In this document: piece after piece, positions 23,756-35,157 of the stretch
How positions within the stretch are numbered: position 1 is the stretch's first letter
How the letters are laid out: each line of letters starts with the position of its first letter
Assembly (NCBI RefSeq): GCF_001194135.2
Contig: NC_068990.1
Span: 57,408,157-57,451,220 of the forward strand
Direction of reading: 5' to 3'
Source of the DNA: Octopus bimaculoides
Taxonomy: Eukaryota
DNA length: 43,064 nt
Made by a program: the position numbers and the translations under genes
The notes under the pieces: model-generated
What the model was told of the DNA's origin: nothing
The model's input: only the letters and a program-made list of their open reading frames with translations
Database searches by the model: none

Positions 23756-25637
23756 AAATAGGAAGATGTATCTCAGTAATGAAAGGATGTTAACATCATC
23801 ATCATCATCTTCAAAAACAAGAAGGAACAAAAAATAAATTTGTAACATATTTGGTACTATAAACTGATGTTTGGAACATAATTAAACGAAAACAGTTCTA
23901 AGATAAAATTATGACATCAGGAGATTTTATATCGAAGAATCAGAGGTGTCTGGTGCAGGTTTGTTTCAAATAGATTAAGTAGAGTGCAAGTTGAGTGCAA
24001 TTTGGCTACTATTTCATGTAACCCCAGTGACCATGAGGCTCTCTTATTGCCTTCAAGGCTATTTTTAGAGCTAAACAGGACTAATAGACTGAGTTATCAA
24101 ATATTTAAATGCTTTAACTATGAGAACATCATTGAGTTGTTAGCTAGTGAAATTCATGTTAGATAGTCTGATAAACTATTGACCCCAGACATCTGAAACT
24201 CATTTAAGTTTCTAAAAACCAATCATTCTCTTACCTCTGTGTTCAAAATGATAACCACTGTAGCTATGCCTAGACTTAATTCATAGAGCATCTTTCATTC
24301 AAAATGATATTTTTTCATTGGAATATATTTTATGTATTCCACACCCAAAACAGAGTTTGGTAAATGTAAGGAAAATCAGTGCAAAAAGGAAATAACTGTA
24401 TTCTTTTCTCTTAGAATTTTTTTCCTGAATTGAGTATTCAAATTTATAACTCTAAATCAAAATTGTTTGACTTAATAACTTTTAGGTTGTGAAATCATGG
24501 AAATTGTGGTTTGTTGATATGTAATAGAAATTTCAAAGTAGTCTAATATATCTTTTTGCTATATTTTTGCTTCCATTTTTTATTCACTATGTTGTTATAT
24601 AGCCCTTGGTCAGACCTGAGAGAGCTGAACTATGATCAGAGTGCCATTTTTCAGCTCTGTGTGCCATGTTTCAACTCTGAGTGCCATATTTACTTTTAGA
24701 GAAAGCAAGGACTAAATTCTCAAATCCATTCTTTCTTTTGAGGAAACTTAGCTACCATTTCTAACAAGTAAAGCAACCACATGAAGACTCTTCCTTTAAT
24801 ATTGTTACCATAGGCATGATACAGAAATTGGTGACCTTTTGAACCCCATGGTTTATTGGGTCATGTGACTCACTAATCCTGAACATTTGCATTTACTCTT
24901 CAGTACAGGATGCTACTTCCTTTGGCAGTATCATTTGATAAGTGAACATATTAATTTAGTTCCTGTTTGCTCTAAGCAGGTGAATAGATTTAAGTAATTT
25001 ATCCATGTTCATTACAAAATACTTGTGAATTTAATATAACACTATGAAATTGTTAATCAGGAAAATCTCACTTCAAACAAACTTATTCTATTGTACTCTA
25101 AGGTTTCTAAGTCTTAACTCTATCAACGATCTAAATGGGCTTATAACAGCTAGACCCTTTTTATGAAATGTGGTTTAATAAAGCACTTGGTACTCAAATT
25201 TAGTAATTAATTACATTGTTTAGTTAACAAAATGATTAGTAGTTGATAATAAATCTATTGGTAAATGTTGTAAAATAATATTACCATATCTGAAAGAATC
25301 AAATGAAACACATCATTTTACTTGTAGACCTTTGACTTAGAAGAGATGATGATAGTCATTCTTCAAGAGAATGTCTAAATTTTGGTTTGAACTAAGAAAC
25401 CTACATTATAAGTACCCAGATCACTTAAACGCTTCTATACTTCAAAGATTGCAGTAGCACCATCTATAACATTTTAGAGTGAGAGCAAGACAGCCTCTAT
25501 GTGATCTCATAACCAGCTAGAAACAGCAGCTAAATTTCTTTAAATGCGATCCCCACAACAACCATTTAAAAAATATATATATCCTTATTGTCATCATTTT
25601 AACGTCAATATTTCCATACTGATTTTGGTTGGACAGA

Positions 25638-25710
25638 CATACATACATACATACACATACATACATACACACATACATACATACATGCATAGACAGACAG
25701 ACAGACAGAC

Positions 25711-25757
<47 letters not shown>

Positions 25758-25762
25758 GAGAT
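25638..25762. repeat. compound (CATA)n(GACA)n(GATA)n microsatellite
   Basis: Directly visible; preceded by a short RTE-tail remnant at ~25590-25637. Confidence 0.95.
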
Positions 25763-25789
25763 AGAAGTCAGCTGTCCAGCTGATATAAG

Positions 25790-26020
25790 TATCTCTGAAA
25801 ATCTAAGAGAAATAAAATAACAATGGACAACTGCTTCAAAACCTTCAGCTTCTATAACTGGATGGAGCACTTGGTTTTATAAGTAAATGCCTAACTGTCA
25901 GTCTGGATAAGCTTGGATTTTCAGAAAAAGAAATCAACCAATTGACTTGCACCTTACAAATACAATCTGTAAGCAGAGCAGTAAAACTATGCAAGACTTT
26001 TGTTAGGTTTAAAATGTGAC
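25790..26020 (+). mobile_element. C-terminal fragment of a restriction-like-endonuclease non-LTR element (R4/Dong-like)
   Basis: GALGFISKCLTVSLDKLGFSEKEINQLTCTLQIQSVSRAVKLCKTFVRFKM* resembles the GALG...LEKLG...LQ...KI.R.F terminus of such elements. Confidence 0.55.
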
Positions 26021-26258
26021 ATTTTTTTTCATTATCTACATTACAGATGGAGCTTTATATCTTTGTTAGAAATCAGCTCCTTCTTCAGAATAAGAATTTA
26101 AATGATTAAAAACAGAAGAGATACATACATACATACATGCCCTATATGGTTATTGGCCACCATATGCTAATATACAGCAGGAATACTCCTGCACATTATA
26201 AGGTTATTACCCAGATCATAGTACATACATATCCTATATATATATATATATATATATA

Positions 26259-26478
26259 GTTTTAGGGAAAATAACCAATTTTCAAGAACTCATCGATGAA
26301 AATCCACTATCACATATAGAAAAATTAATAATTAAAAGCACAATAAATGAGTATAATATAAAGTAAAGTAAATATCATAAGATAAATATAATAAAAAGCT
26401 CAATTTAATTTTAATTTTTTATAAATTGATTTTAATTGAGTTTTTTACCTGTAATTTTGGATTTTATCCCTAATATTA
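26259..26478. mobile_element. AT-rich insert between two (TA)n arrays with outward-facing CCCTAA-type termini
   Basis: ttaggg at 26262-26267 and ccctaa at 26468-26473, each a few nt from a (TA)n array. Confidence 0.4.
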
Positions 26479-26645
26479 TTATATATATATATATATATAC
26501 TTCCTTGAACTCTCAGATTGATTAACAATCACTGGTAACACTCTTGACAAGCAGTATGTACATATTATGGAATGCTCATGGGATAACACAAAGTTGGTTT
26601 CCTGTTGATTTCTATTGAGTGTTTTTTTGTTTTTTTTTACACAAG

Positions 26646-26714
26646 ACACTATCTTTGTCTGCTGTTGTCAATTCAATGAGATTGAAGAGAATATTCATTT
26701 CTACTATTTGGCTG
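26646..26714 (+). CDS. candidate 69-nt exon (DTIFVCCCQFNEIEENIHFYYLA, phase 1-1)
   Basis: Long T tract plus acacaAG acceptor; weak donor CTG|GTACTT; a second frame is also open. Confidence 0.2.
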
Positions 26715-26752
26715 GTACTTTACTTACTGACCTACTGAGTCAACATTCCTGG

Positions 26753-27388
26753 CTAAGAACAGGGTCCTGTCCACCCCCACTTTGCTTTCCCCAGTCGACC
26801 ATATGCCATAAATGGCCCTTCTGTGAAAGCCTCCATCAGCCAACCTTCTATTTTTTCTGTGCTCAGCTGGTCCTTCTCCTCCATTTTTAGGTACAGTGCA
26901 AACGTCAATCCATCGAGGTACAACAGTATGAAATTCGTTAGGTCATCTGTACCTTGGAGATTTGCCACCAACTTAATTTTTTGTAGCCAAGCAGTGACAT
27001 CTCCTTCACCACAAAATGGCCTAATCATTGCATTCGAAACATGGACCATACACATCATTTTTCTTTATTTTTTTTCTTTTGCGCCAAAATAGCTTGTGAT
27101 GTGAAGGAGGAAAAAAACGGAAGCAAAGAACGAATTGTGGTAATCTTATCTGTCAGTCCAGAAAAGGGTCGCTTTCAACGTTCATGTGCTCTGTCTCGAT
27201 CTGCAAGATTCACTCAACATCCATATGCACTGTCTAACATGTCTGCTCTGATGCGCTGTCCACTGCCAACTGACTGCTCACACCTCACTGACTCTGCATG
27301 TCCACGGCGACCCTTCTGGCGAGACCCATCGGCCCCCACTTCCAACAGGACATACCTACTCCCTCACTTCCGGTCCTTCCCTACAACA
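26753..27388 (-). mobile_element. Gypsy-like LTR retrotransposon 5' fragment: ~300-bp LTR, putative PBS, truncated gag
   Basis: LTR begins TGTTGTAG at 27388; TGGCGCA (PBS-like) starts at 27086; ORF IRPFCGEGDVTAWLQKIKLVA...LYLDG...ALYL...EAFTEGPF..Y is Gag-like; no pol or second LTR in the window. Confidence 0.7.
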
Positions 27389-28224
27389 CACACTGGCTCA
27401 TAACACTACACACACACACATGCACACACACACACACACACATATATACACAGTGTTTTGCATCTTATAGCAGAAACAGCTGTAAGCTAATGATGTTCAG
27501 GAGATAATTACTTTTCTTTTCTCATTATAATTTCTTATTACATGATGCTTCGTTCTGTAGAATATGTATATTGATTTCTCTTAAGAAAAGGATGCAAGTA
27601 TAGTTCAGATAGAAGAATGACAGAGTTAAACAAGTAGGGTTGTCTTCTGCGTGAAAAGTTAACAGTAAAGTAAATGTAAGCATACTTGCCATAATAAACT
27701 CAAGAAATTTTTGTTATAATTACATCTTTAGAGATGAGATCACTTAGTATTTAAATTATTAGTTTGAGGAAAGAGGGAAATCAGAGATAGACAAGCCTGA
27801 AAAGTAAATTAAAATTAATTAAATATGGAATGCAATAATGAATGAGTTTGAGCCTTAGGACTACAATGACAATTTCAAGCATATTTTGTCTTGTTTAGAT
27901 ATCATCACTGAAGTATAGTCTAGGCATTGTTACAGATCTATAACAGATAACATCGTCAGATGAGTATGCTTAACAGTCAAGTTCCACTCAAAAGAAAATT
28001 AAGTACTAAGTGTACTGAGATTAGATCCCATGATCTATGAACAAGCAGTTAAATACGTTATCACTTTAGATTATTTATGTCCTCACATCAATAATTCAAA
28101 GGAGACATAAGTTAAAGTTAATGACATGTTCCCTAAATCTTAAGGGAAACCACTAAACCAACATACATATGAAAAAACTTTACCTCTGCTACTTCTTGGT
28201 TGAACACAAGAAGTAATAATCCTG

Positions 28225-28430
28225 CTTGCTATAGGCACAAAGCCTGAAATTTTGGAGGAAAGTAGGCTAGACAATTACATAAGCTCCAGTACTTAACTGT
28301 CATTTATTTTATTGACCACGGAAAGATAAAAGGCAAAGTTGGCTTCAGTGGAATTTGAACTCATAACACAAATACAGATGTAATGCCACTAATCCTTTTG
28401 CCTGGCATGCTATCAACTCTGCCAGCTTAC
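28225..28430 (-). mobile_element. SINE family B
   Basis: aaaggcaaagttggcttcagtggaatttgaactc...ctctgccagctt; similar flanks cacaagaagtaataat and cacaggaagtaaaaaat. Confidence 0.75.
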
Positions 28431-28629
28431 TCCATCACAGGAAGTAAAAAATATACAGATTTCTGATAAATGTTGGTTGAAATTGAAACAAACTTCATTC
28501 GACAAACCCTACACACAATTATTCCAGAAAGAAATAAACCAATGTTTGGAAGCTTAAACAGTTTGAAACTTTTATTTTCACTCAAAAAATTTTCCGTTTT
28601 ATCATTCCTACTAATAAAAGTTAACTATA

Positions 28630-29180
28630 AGTGCAGAAGTGGCTGTGTGATTAGAAGTTTGCTTTCCAACAACATGGTTCCAGGTTCAGTCCCATTGTGT
28701 GGTTTCTTGGGCAGGTGTCTTCCACCATAGCCTCGGGCCAACCAAAGCTGTGTGACTGGATTTGGTAGACAGAAACTGAAAGAATCCTATTGACCATCAA
28801 ACTAATACATTCCTTGTGCATGTCCTCTTCTTGTGTGTTGTGTGTTAATTTTATTGTTCATTTATTTTGAATTGACACACACACACACATGTATATATAT
28901 AAATGAAAAAATGTATATACAAATGATGTAATGTATACTGAAGGTAAAAACGAATGGGATACAAACAGAAGATCCGTAATTCTTCATCAGTTATTGACTA
29001 ATTGGTACTGTTCAGTTTTGCACCTTTAACGATAAGACTGAGTGGTTCCCAACTGGAGGTGCCCGCAAAAAATGTCTTTGTGGAGAACTAAGAACAAGAG
29101 CAAACAGAACAAAACAAGTAAAACAATACAAAGTGTGATTCAAGACAATGGACAAGGATGAACAGTCAAACAAAATACGG

Positions 29181-29218
<38 letters not shown>

Positions 29219-29500
29219 GTGGGTGTGTATTTGTGTCTGTGCTTGTCCTCCACCACCACTTGACAGCTGGTGTTGGTGAGTNNNNNNNNNNTGTCTGTGC
29301 TTGTCCTCCACCACCACTTGACAGCTGGTGTTGGTGAGTTCAAGTCCCCATAACTTAGTGGTTTGACAAAAGAGACTGATAGAATAAGTACCAGGCTTTA
29401 AAAAAAAGTACTGGGATTGATTCATGCGACTAAAATTCCCCAAGGCAGTGCTCCAGCATGGCCACAATCTAATGCATGAAACAGGTAAAAGATAAAAGAT
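28630..29500 (+). mobile_element. SINE family A split at its central microsatellite by a ~430-bp insert
   Basis: Head 28630-28788, tail ~29220-29500; 10-N gap at 29282-29291. Confidence 0.65.
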
Positions 29501-29799
29501 AAAAGATTTTGATTTGTGCTTAATTCACAATTCCCCAAAGATTCAAATGAATGGGTTTTTGTTGTTATACAAATATTTATTTTTTTAACTAACTGCTATA
29601 ATTTTTTTCCTTCAGCAAAATAATGTTATCTGATTATCTTAATGAAATTATTATTATGTAGTGTAAAACTTTAGTGAGTTTGCTTTGTATCGATTGTTAG
29701 CGAGAATTATGCAAGAAATTATTCATTTCCTAAATATTTAACTAGATTTTTTTTTTGTCTACTGATCATCCTATTGTGATATTTTGTACCCTGACAACA

Positions 29800-31250
29800 C
29801 CTCTATCTCACTTTCTCTCTCTTTTTCTTTCTTTCTTTCTTTCTCTTTCTCTCTCTTCTCTTGCTGCTTTCATTGGAAAGATGGGAAAGAATTGCTATTG
29901 TAGCAGTTGTTGTTGTTGTTGTTGTTGTGGAAACATCAGTCATTTGAGTTAGCACAGTGTCTAAAGTGTGAAGAGGACAACAATGGGATGGGCAGCTGTA
30001 AGATTTGTCCACAAAGTCACATTAACTTGAGAATTAGGTACAACTCTGCTGTCTAGCTTTATAATGGTGTTTTGGAAAATTTCAGAGATACATAGGGAAA
30101 ACAAAAGCAACCATTCTCACCCTACCATCACCATTACTAACAAAAACAACAACAACAACAACAACAACATTGCTACATACAGCCACAACAACAACAACAG
30201 AAACAATAATAGCCAATCTTTCTTTACCCTGCTTTGTTTTGCAACTGATTCCATTTCATCTTTCATCACTTTGATATTTTCAATTAGAATACCACTCTTA
30301 CTAACCTCATCTACAGCCCCCACCAGACATTAGTTTTGCAACAAACACATCAGCAACACCACAAACCCCAACCTTTCCATGACCACCACCATCAGCTGCT
30401 AACACCGTCACCTTCTTCAACCCCCATCGACACCGTCATCGCCATCACCCGCTAACATCTTCACTACAACCAGCAAACATTAGTTATCACAACAAACATA
30501 ATATGAATATTATCACCATCACCAACATCACTGCCTCTGCTGCCTACCACCAATCTTACCATTTATCTGCTAGCACCAACAGCATCACTATTTATTTTCA
30601 GCTAACACCTCCTACCACCACCATCATTACTTGTGATCATCAAACAGTAGTTATGATAAAACAGCAAGAATCACCATTACCACCACCATCACACCACCAC
30701 TACCACCACCACCACCACCACCACCATCACTACCTCTGTGGCCACTAATTAACGGCACCATCAAAAACAGCTATACTAACACCAGAAATACTAACACCAC
30801 CACCATTGCCGTCACCACCACCACCACCATTCCTACCATTGCTGATGTTACTAATCCCATCGCCACCTCTCTAGATACTGCAACCGCAAGTACTATTACC
30901 ACTACAACCAAGAAGTACAGCACTGCTATTGTATTCCCTGTCATTGTAGCCCCTACAGTCATACATTTTCACCATTAGCCACTATAAACCCCCTTTGTAT
31001 ACATTTCCACTACAACCTCCAGTTCCACTAGCTACTGTCACCACCATTGTGCCATCATGCCGTTGTGTGCATCTCCATCGTAACCCCTAGCATCACTGGT
31101 TACTACCACCTTCTTTGAGTTGTTGTTTGTTGCCACTGCAACCCCTAGTCTTGCACCATTGCTACAGGTACCAGGAATGACCACTATTATTATATCTACT
31201 ACTGCTACTATAATCTCAACTCATTCTTATGACTACTATAAGCCAGTAAC
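29800..31250. repeat. long degenerate trinucleotide low-complexity tract (CAA/CAC/ACY) preceded by CT/GTT runs
   Basis: Strong C/A strand bias and 3-nt periodicity, with stops in all frames. Confidence 0.85.
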
Positions 31251-31294
31251 AAGCTAAAGCGAGAGCTTCTCTGTGGTTGCATGGCCTGTTAGTG

Positions 31295-31674
31295 GTTGGC
31301 ACTCCGGCGGTTACGACGACGAGGGTTCCAGTTGATCCGATCAACGGAACAGCCTGCTCGTGAAATTAACGTGCAAGTGGCTGAGCACTCCACAGACACG
31401 TGTACCCTTAACATAGTTCTCGGGGATATTCAGCGTGACACAAAGTGTGACAAGGCTGGTCCTTTGAAATACAGGCACAATAGAAACAGGAAGTAAGAGT
31501 GAGAGAAAATTGTGGTGAAAGAGTACAGCAGGGTTCGCCACCATTCCCTGCTGGAGCCTCGTGGAACTTTAGGTGTTTTCGCTCAATAAACACTCACAAC
31601 GCCCGGTCTGGGAATCGAAACCGCGATTCTGCGACCATGAATCCGCTGCCCTAACCACTGGGCCATTGCGCCTC
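31295..31674 (-). mobile_element. tRNA-headed SINE family C, young copy
   Basis: Minus strand starts gaggcgcaatggcccagtggttagggcag...gtttcgattcccagacc (A and B boxes); many CpGs retained; close to the copy at 33478. Confidence 0.9.
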
Positions 31675-32089
31675 TAGAAAATAGTAGCTAAATCTCCCCC
31701 AAAATATGCATCACTGCCTAAATGCACTCATTAGATGAGGCCTTGGATTCCCTGGAAATAAGGAAAACATGAGATGGTACCAGTTAAGCAGTAATGGTTT
31801 CTGAGCTCATATATGCATATTATTGTCTATTTATATATTTATATAATACTTCTGACATATAACTTATTTTCAAGGAGTATTTTTTATTCTTTTAGTTTTT
31901 GAAAGGAACTTGGAATTTTGTTGAAAATAGTGTGACCAATATCACTGCATGGCTCAGTAGCATATCTACCATCGATTGCTTTGAAGCTGAAGCTCTTAAC
32001 CATGCTCATGGCTCATTTTCATACTGAGTATTTAGGGTTCATCACATTAAGGGTATTTTAGAATAATGAATGTTATAACAACAAAATGA

Positions 32090-32280
32090 TTTAAAATTTT
32101 GGTGCAATTCTGAGGGAGGGGATAAATCGATTATATTGACACCAGTATTAAACAGGTACTTAATTTATTCACCCTGAAGAATGAAAGGCAAGTCAACATC
32201 AATTAAACTCAGTATGAAAAGACAGACAAAATGCCACTAAGCATTTTGCTGGTGCACTAATAATTCTACCAGCTGACTGC
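32090..32280 (-). mobile_element. SINE family B, decayed
   Basis: gaagaatgaaaggcaagtcaac...taattctaccagct. Confidence 0.65.
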
Positions 32281-32482
32281 CTTTATAGCAGTAATAATAA
32301 TAGGAAAAGCAGCTAATGTAGCAGTGGAAAACTTTTTTTTTACTTTCTAGATTATTAGTACAGAAGGACAGTTCCTCATCTATATCAGTGGTTTTCAATC
32401 AGGGTCCACATGACCACTGTGGGTCCACGTAAGATTTTGTTGCTAAAATTCAGGTGTAATATATTGGTTATACTTCTACAAT

Positions 32483-32759
32483 TCTTGGACTGGGCTGTGC
32501 ATTGCATTCTTGTGCAAGACACTTTATTTCACATTGCTCCAGTTCACTCAGCTGTAGAAATGAGTTGCGACATCACTAGTGCCAAGCTGTATGGGCCTTT
32601 GCCTTTCCCTTGGATAACATCGGTGATGTGGAGAAGGGAGGCTGGTATGCATGGGCAGCTACTTGTCCAGTTGTCCAGACTTGTGCCTTAGAGAGGAACT
32701 TTCTAGGTGCAATCCCATGGTCATTCGTGACTGAAGGGGTTCTTTACCCTTTGCACTTT
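32483..32759 (+). mobile_element. SINE D-related variant (E), 5'-truncated
   Basis: Flanked by the 12-bp direct repeat tacttctacaat (32471-32482, 32760-32771); homologous to 39936-40280. Confidence 0.8.
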
Positions 32760-32819
32760 TACTTCTACAATACATAAAATATTTTAAGAATTTTTTTTAA
32801 ATACAGTTCCTAATAATAT

Positions 32820-33300
32820 CAGGATATCAACTCGGCTTGCAAAGACCTGTTGGGGCAAGCGAAAGCGAAATCGTGATGGCACCTGTACCAGTAGATCACC
32901 AACAGCACAGTCTGAGCGTGATCATTGCTGTCTGGCTTCCATGCTGGTGGCACGTAAATAGCACCATTTGAGTGTGCCAGTGGGACGTGAAAAGACATTC
33001 GAGCGAGTTCATTGCCAGTACCGCTGGACTGGCTCCTGTGCAGGTGGCACGTAAAATACACCATTTCAAGCATGGCCGTTGCCAGTGCCTCCCGACTGGC
33101 CTTTGTGCCGGTGGCACGTAAAAGCTCCCACTACACTCTCGGAGTGGTTGGCATTAGGAAGTGCATCCAGCTGTAGAAACTCTGCCAAATCAGATTGGAG
33201 CCTGGTGTAGCCATCTGGTTCACCAGTCCTCAGTCAAATCATTCAACCCATGCTAGCATGGAAAGCGGACGTTAAACGATGATGATGATGATGATGATGA
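32820..33300 (+). mobile_element. RTE 3' UTR with internal repeats and (GAT)n tail
   Basis: Ends caacccatgctagcatggaaagcggacgttaaacgatgatgat, as at 12700-12745. Confidence 0.88.
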
Positions 33301-33477
33301 AATGGCTATGAGGGTCCAGCTGAGTAGAATAAGAAAAGAAAAGGTTCCATGGGCAAAAATGTTTGAGGGCCATTTAGCTATACCTTTATCTACAAACTAA
33401 AAGTGGTAAATTCTGTTAAGGAACACAGTAACAGAGTGACAGTGAAAGGTTTTAGGACACTGTAGTTTTAGGACACT

Positions 33478-33841
33478 TACGGCGTCGAGGGTTCCAGTTG
33501 ATCCAATCAACAAAACAGCCTGCTCGTGAAATTAACGTGCAAGTGGCTGAGCACTCCACACACACGTGTACCCTTAACGTAGTTCTCAGGGATATTCAGC
33601 GTGACACAGTGTGACAAGGCTGACCCTTTGAATTACAGGCACAACAGAAACAGTAAGTAAGAGTGAGAGAAAGTTGTGATGAAAGAGTACAGCAGGGTTC
33701 GCCACCATCCCCTGCCGGAGCCTCGTGGAGCTTCAGGTGTTTTCACTCAATAAACACTCACAACGCCCGATCTGGGAATCGAAACCGCGATCCTATGACC
33801 GTGAGTCCGCTGCCCTAACCCCTGGGCCATTGCGCCTCCAC
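33478..33841 (-). mobile_element. SINE family C, young copy
   Basis: Flanked by tttaggacact (33467-33477, 33842-33852); a third copy of the 11-mer lies at 33451. Confidence 0.9.
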
Positions 33842-34459
33842 TTTAGGACACTACCCAATGCAAAAATGATAAAGAAATGGTGGAAGCAGAAACAACAGTG
33901 ACAGCCTGCTGAAAAAAATGTAAATAAATAAACATGATCTTGCATGTCCAACTCCATGCTGATAGAAACTTGAGGAGGAAGGGTGGGAGAGGAAGAAGGG
34001 TGGGAGAGGAGAAAGGGTGAGAATGAGGGAGGAGGAGTTAAAATACGGAAAATGAGAAAAATACAGGGAAATGTATTTGTACAAAAATGATAACTGAGGG
34101 GAAGCAATAAGGAGAATTACTAATTATTATTACTAATTAGTAAATCAAGGGTATTACTAATTCCTTAATGTGCAATCAGTAATGCCTTGATTGCACTATT
34201 TGAAGACAATGATAAGAATTATTAACAGTGATGAGTTTTTGGACTTCAATAATGATGGTGCTGATGACTCAGAGATTCCAGGTTTGTTGAGACAGAAGGT
34301 GAATGTTACTGTTACATGTAAAGGTGAGGTTTATATCAGAGATGTCTGAAGCTCCCGTAACGTTCAATGCACCATCTAACAAGACTATAAATACCAACAA
34401 TATGCTGCAACAGCCATAGCAACAAAATAATAATAATAATGATAATAATAATAATGATA

Positions 34460-34850
34460 AGTGCCCTGATGCAATACCAGGCACTGGCTCTCATGGCTTC
34501 TGATTGTAACTGATTGGAAGTGCTATGATGTACATGTTTTGTCTTGTTATAAAAAGATGCTGCAGTAAATATTCTGCTCAATGCCACAGGCTTGCTTATC
34601 AGTTGCTTAATCTTCACCAGTAGAGCATGTCCCTTAGTGGCTGATGATATGTGCATCTCTGATCACGTGCAGAAGTAGTGGGGGAGCATCATAGCATTCA
34701 GGGTTTGAATAATTCACCTTTGGAAACATGGTTGTTTAGTTCCTCATCCTTAAGCAACCTTCATTCATGTATCTTTTGAGTGGGATGGGCTACTTGACCT
34801 GAAGAAACTGGGTCCCACCTGCAAGGTTATGCACTGTGTATCTTGATATA
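34460..34850 (-). mobile_element. probable retroposon 3' fragment with (ATT)n tail
   Basis: GC-richer block ending exactly at the (AAT)n array 34427-34458; family not identified. Confidence 0.35.
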
Positions 34851-35157
34851 AAGTCACCATGTCATGCACATATGATTGTAATGCATGTGCCATGTGTACT
34901 CTTATCAGATGGGTATTCATGATGGGTATATTGGACTTTGTATATTTGTACCCCAGAGTCACTTTGATGGCATGTATTGCTCTCTCACTCAATAATAATA
35001 ATAATGATAATAATAATAATAATAATGATAAACTACCACTCTTACCACTATCCCACCCTTGCTACTGTTGCTGTTGCTGCAACCACTGCTGCTACTACAC
35101 ATAAAAACAATAAAATCAGTGATATCAGTGATAATAATAATAATAATAATAATAATG

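Larger units (their letters stand above)
32386..33375. mobile_element. hAT-type MITE containing two nested retro-insertions
   Basis: Left end cagtggttttcaatc, decayed right end gtttgagggccattt; same family as 21263-21843. Confidence 0.6.

Noticed and set aside
20832-24485. Further + strand exon candidates (20832-20901, 24415-24485 and one near 21194)
   Set aside because: Ambiguous frames or weak donors; such segments arise readily by chance in AT-rich DNA.
28960-29000. CTGATGAAG plus a small hairpin on the minus strand inside the insert that splits SINE A
   Set aside because: No GAAA box follows. The insert may be PLE-related, but a ribozyme is not supported.
29234-29339. Exact 48-bp direct repeat on either side of a 10-N gap
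   Set aside because: Identical sequence flanking a nominal gap is the signature of unmerged overlapping contig ends, so it is an assembly artefact.
30100-31250. Thr/His-rich mucin-like reading frames
   Set aside because: Stops in all frames, no splice-bounded long ORF; consistent with decayed trinucleotide repeats.
34200-34322. Open frame INSDEFLDFNNDGADDSEIPGLLRQK with donor AAG|GTGAGG
   Set aside because: No adequate pyrimidine tract at any acceptor and no recognised homology.
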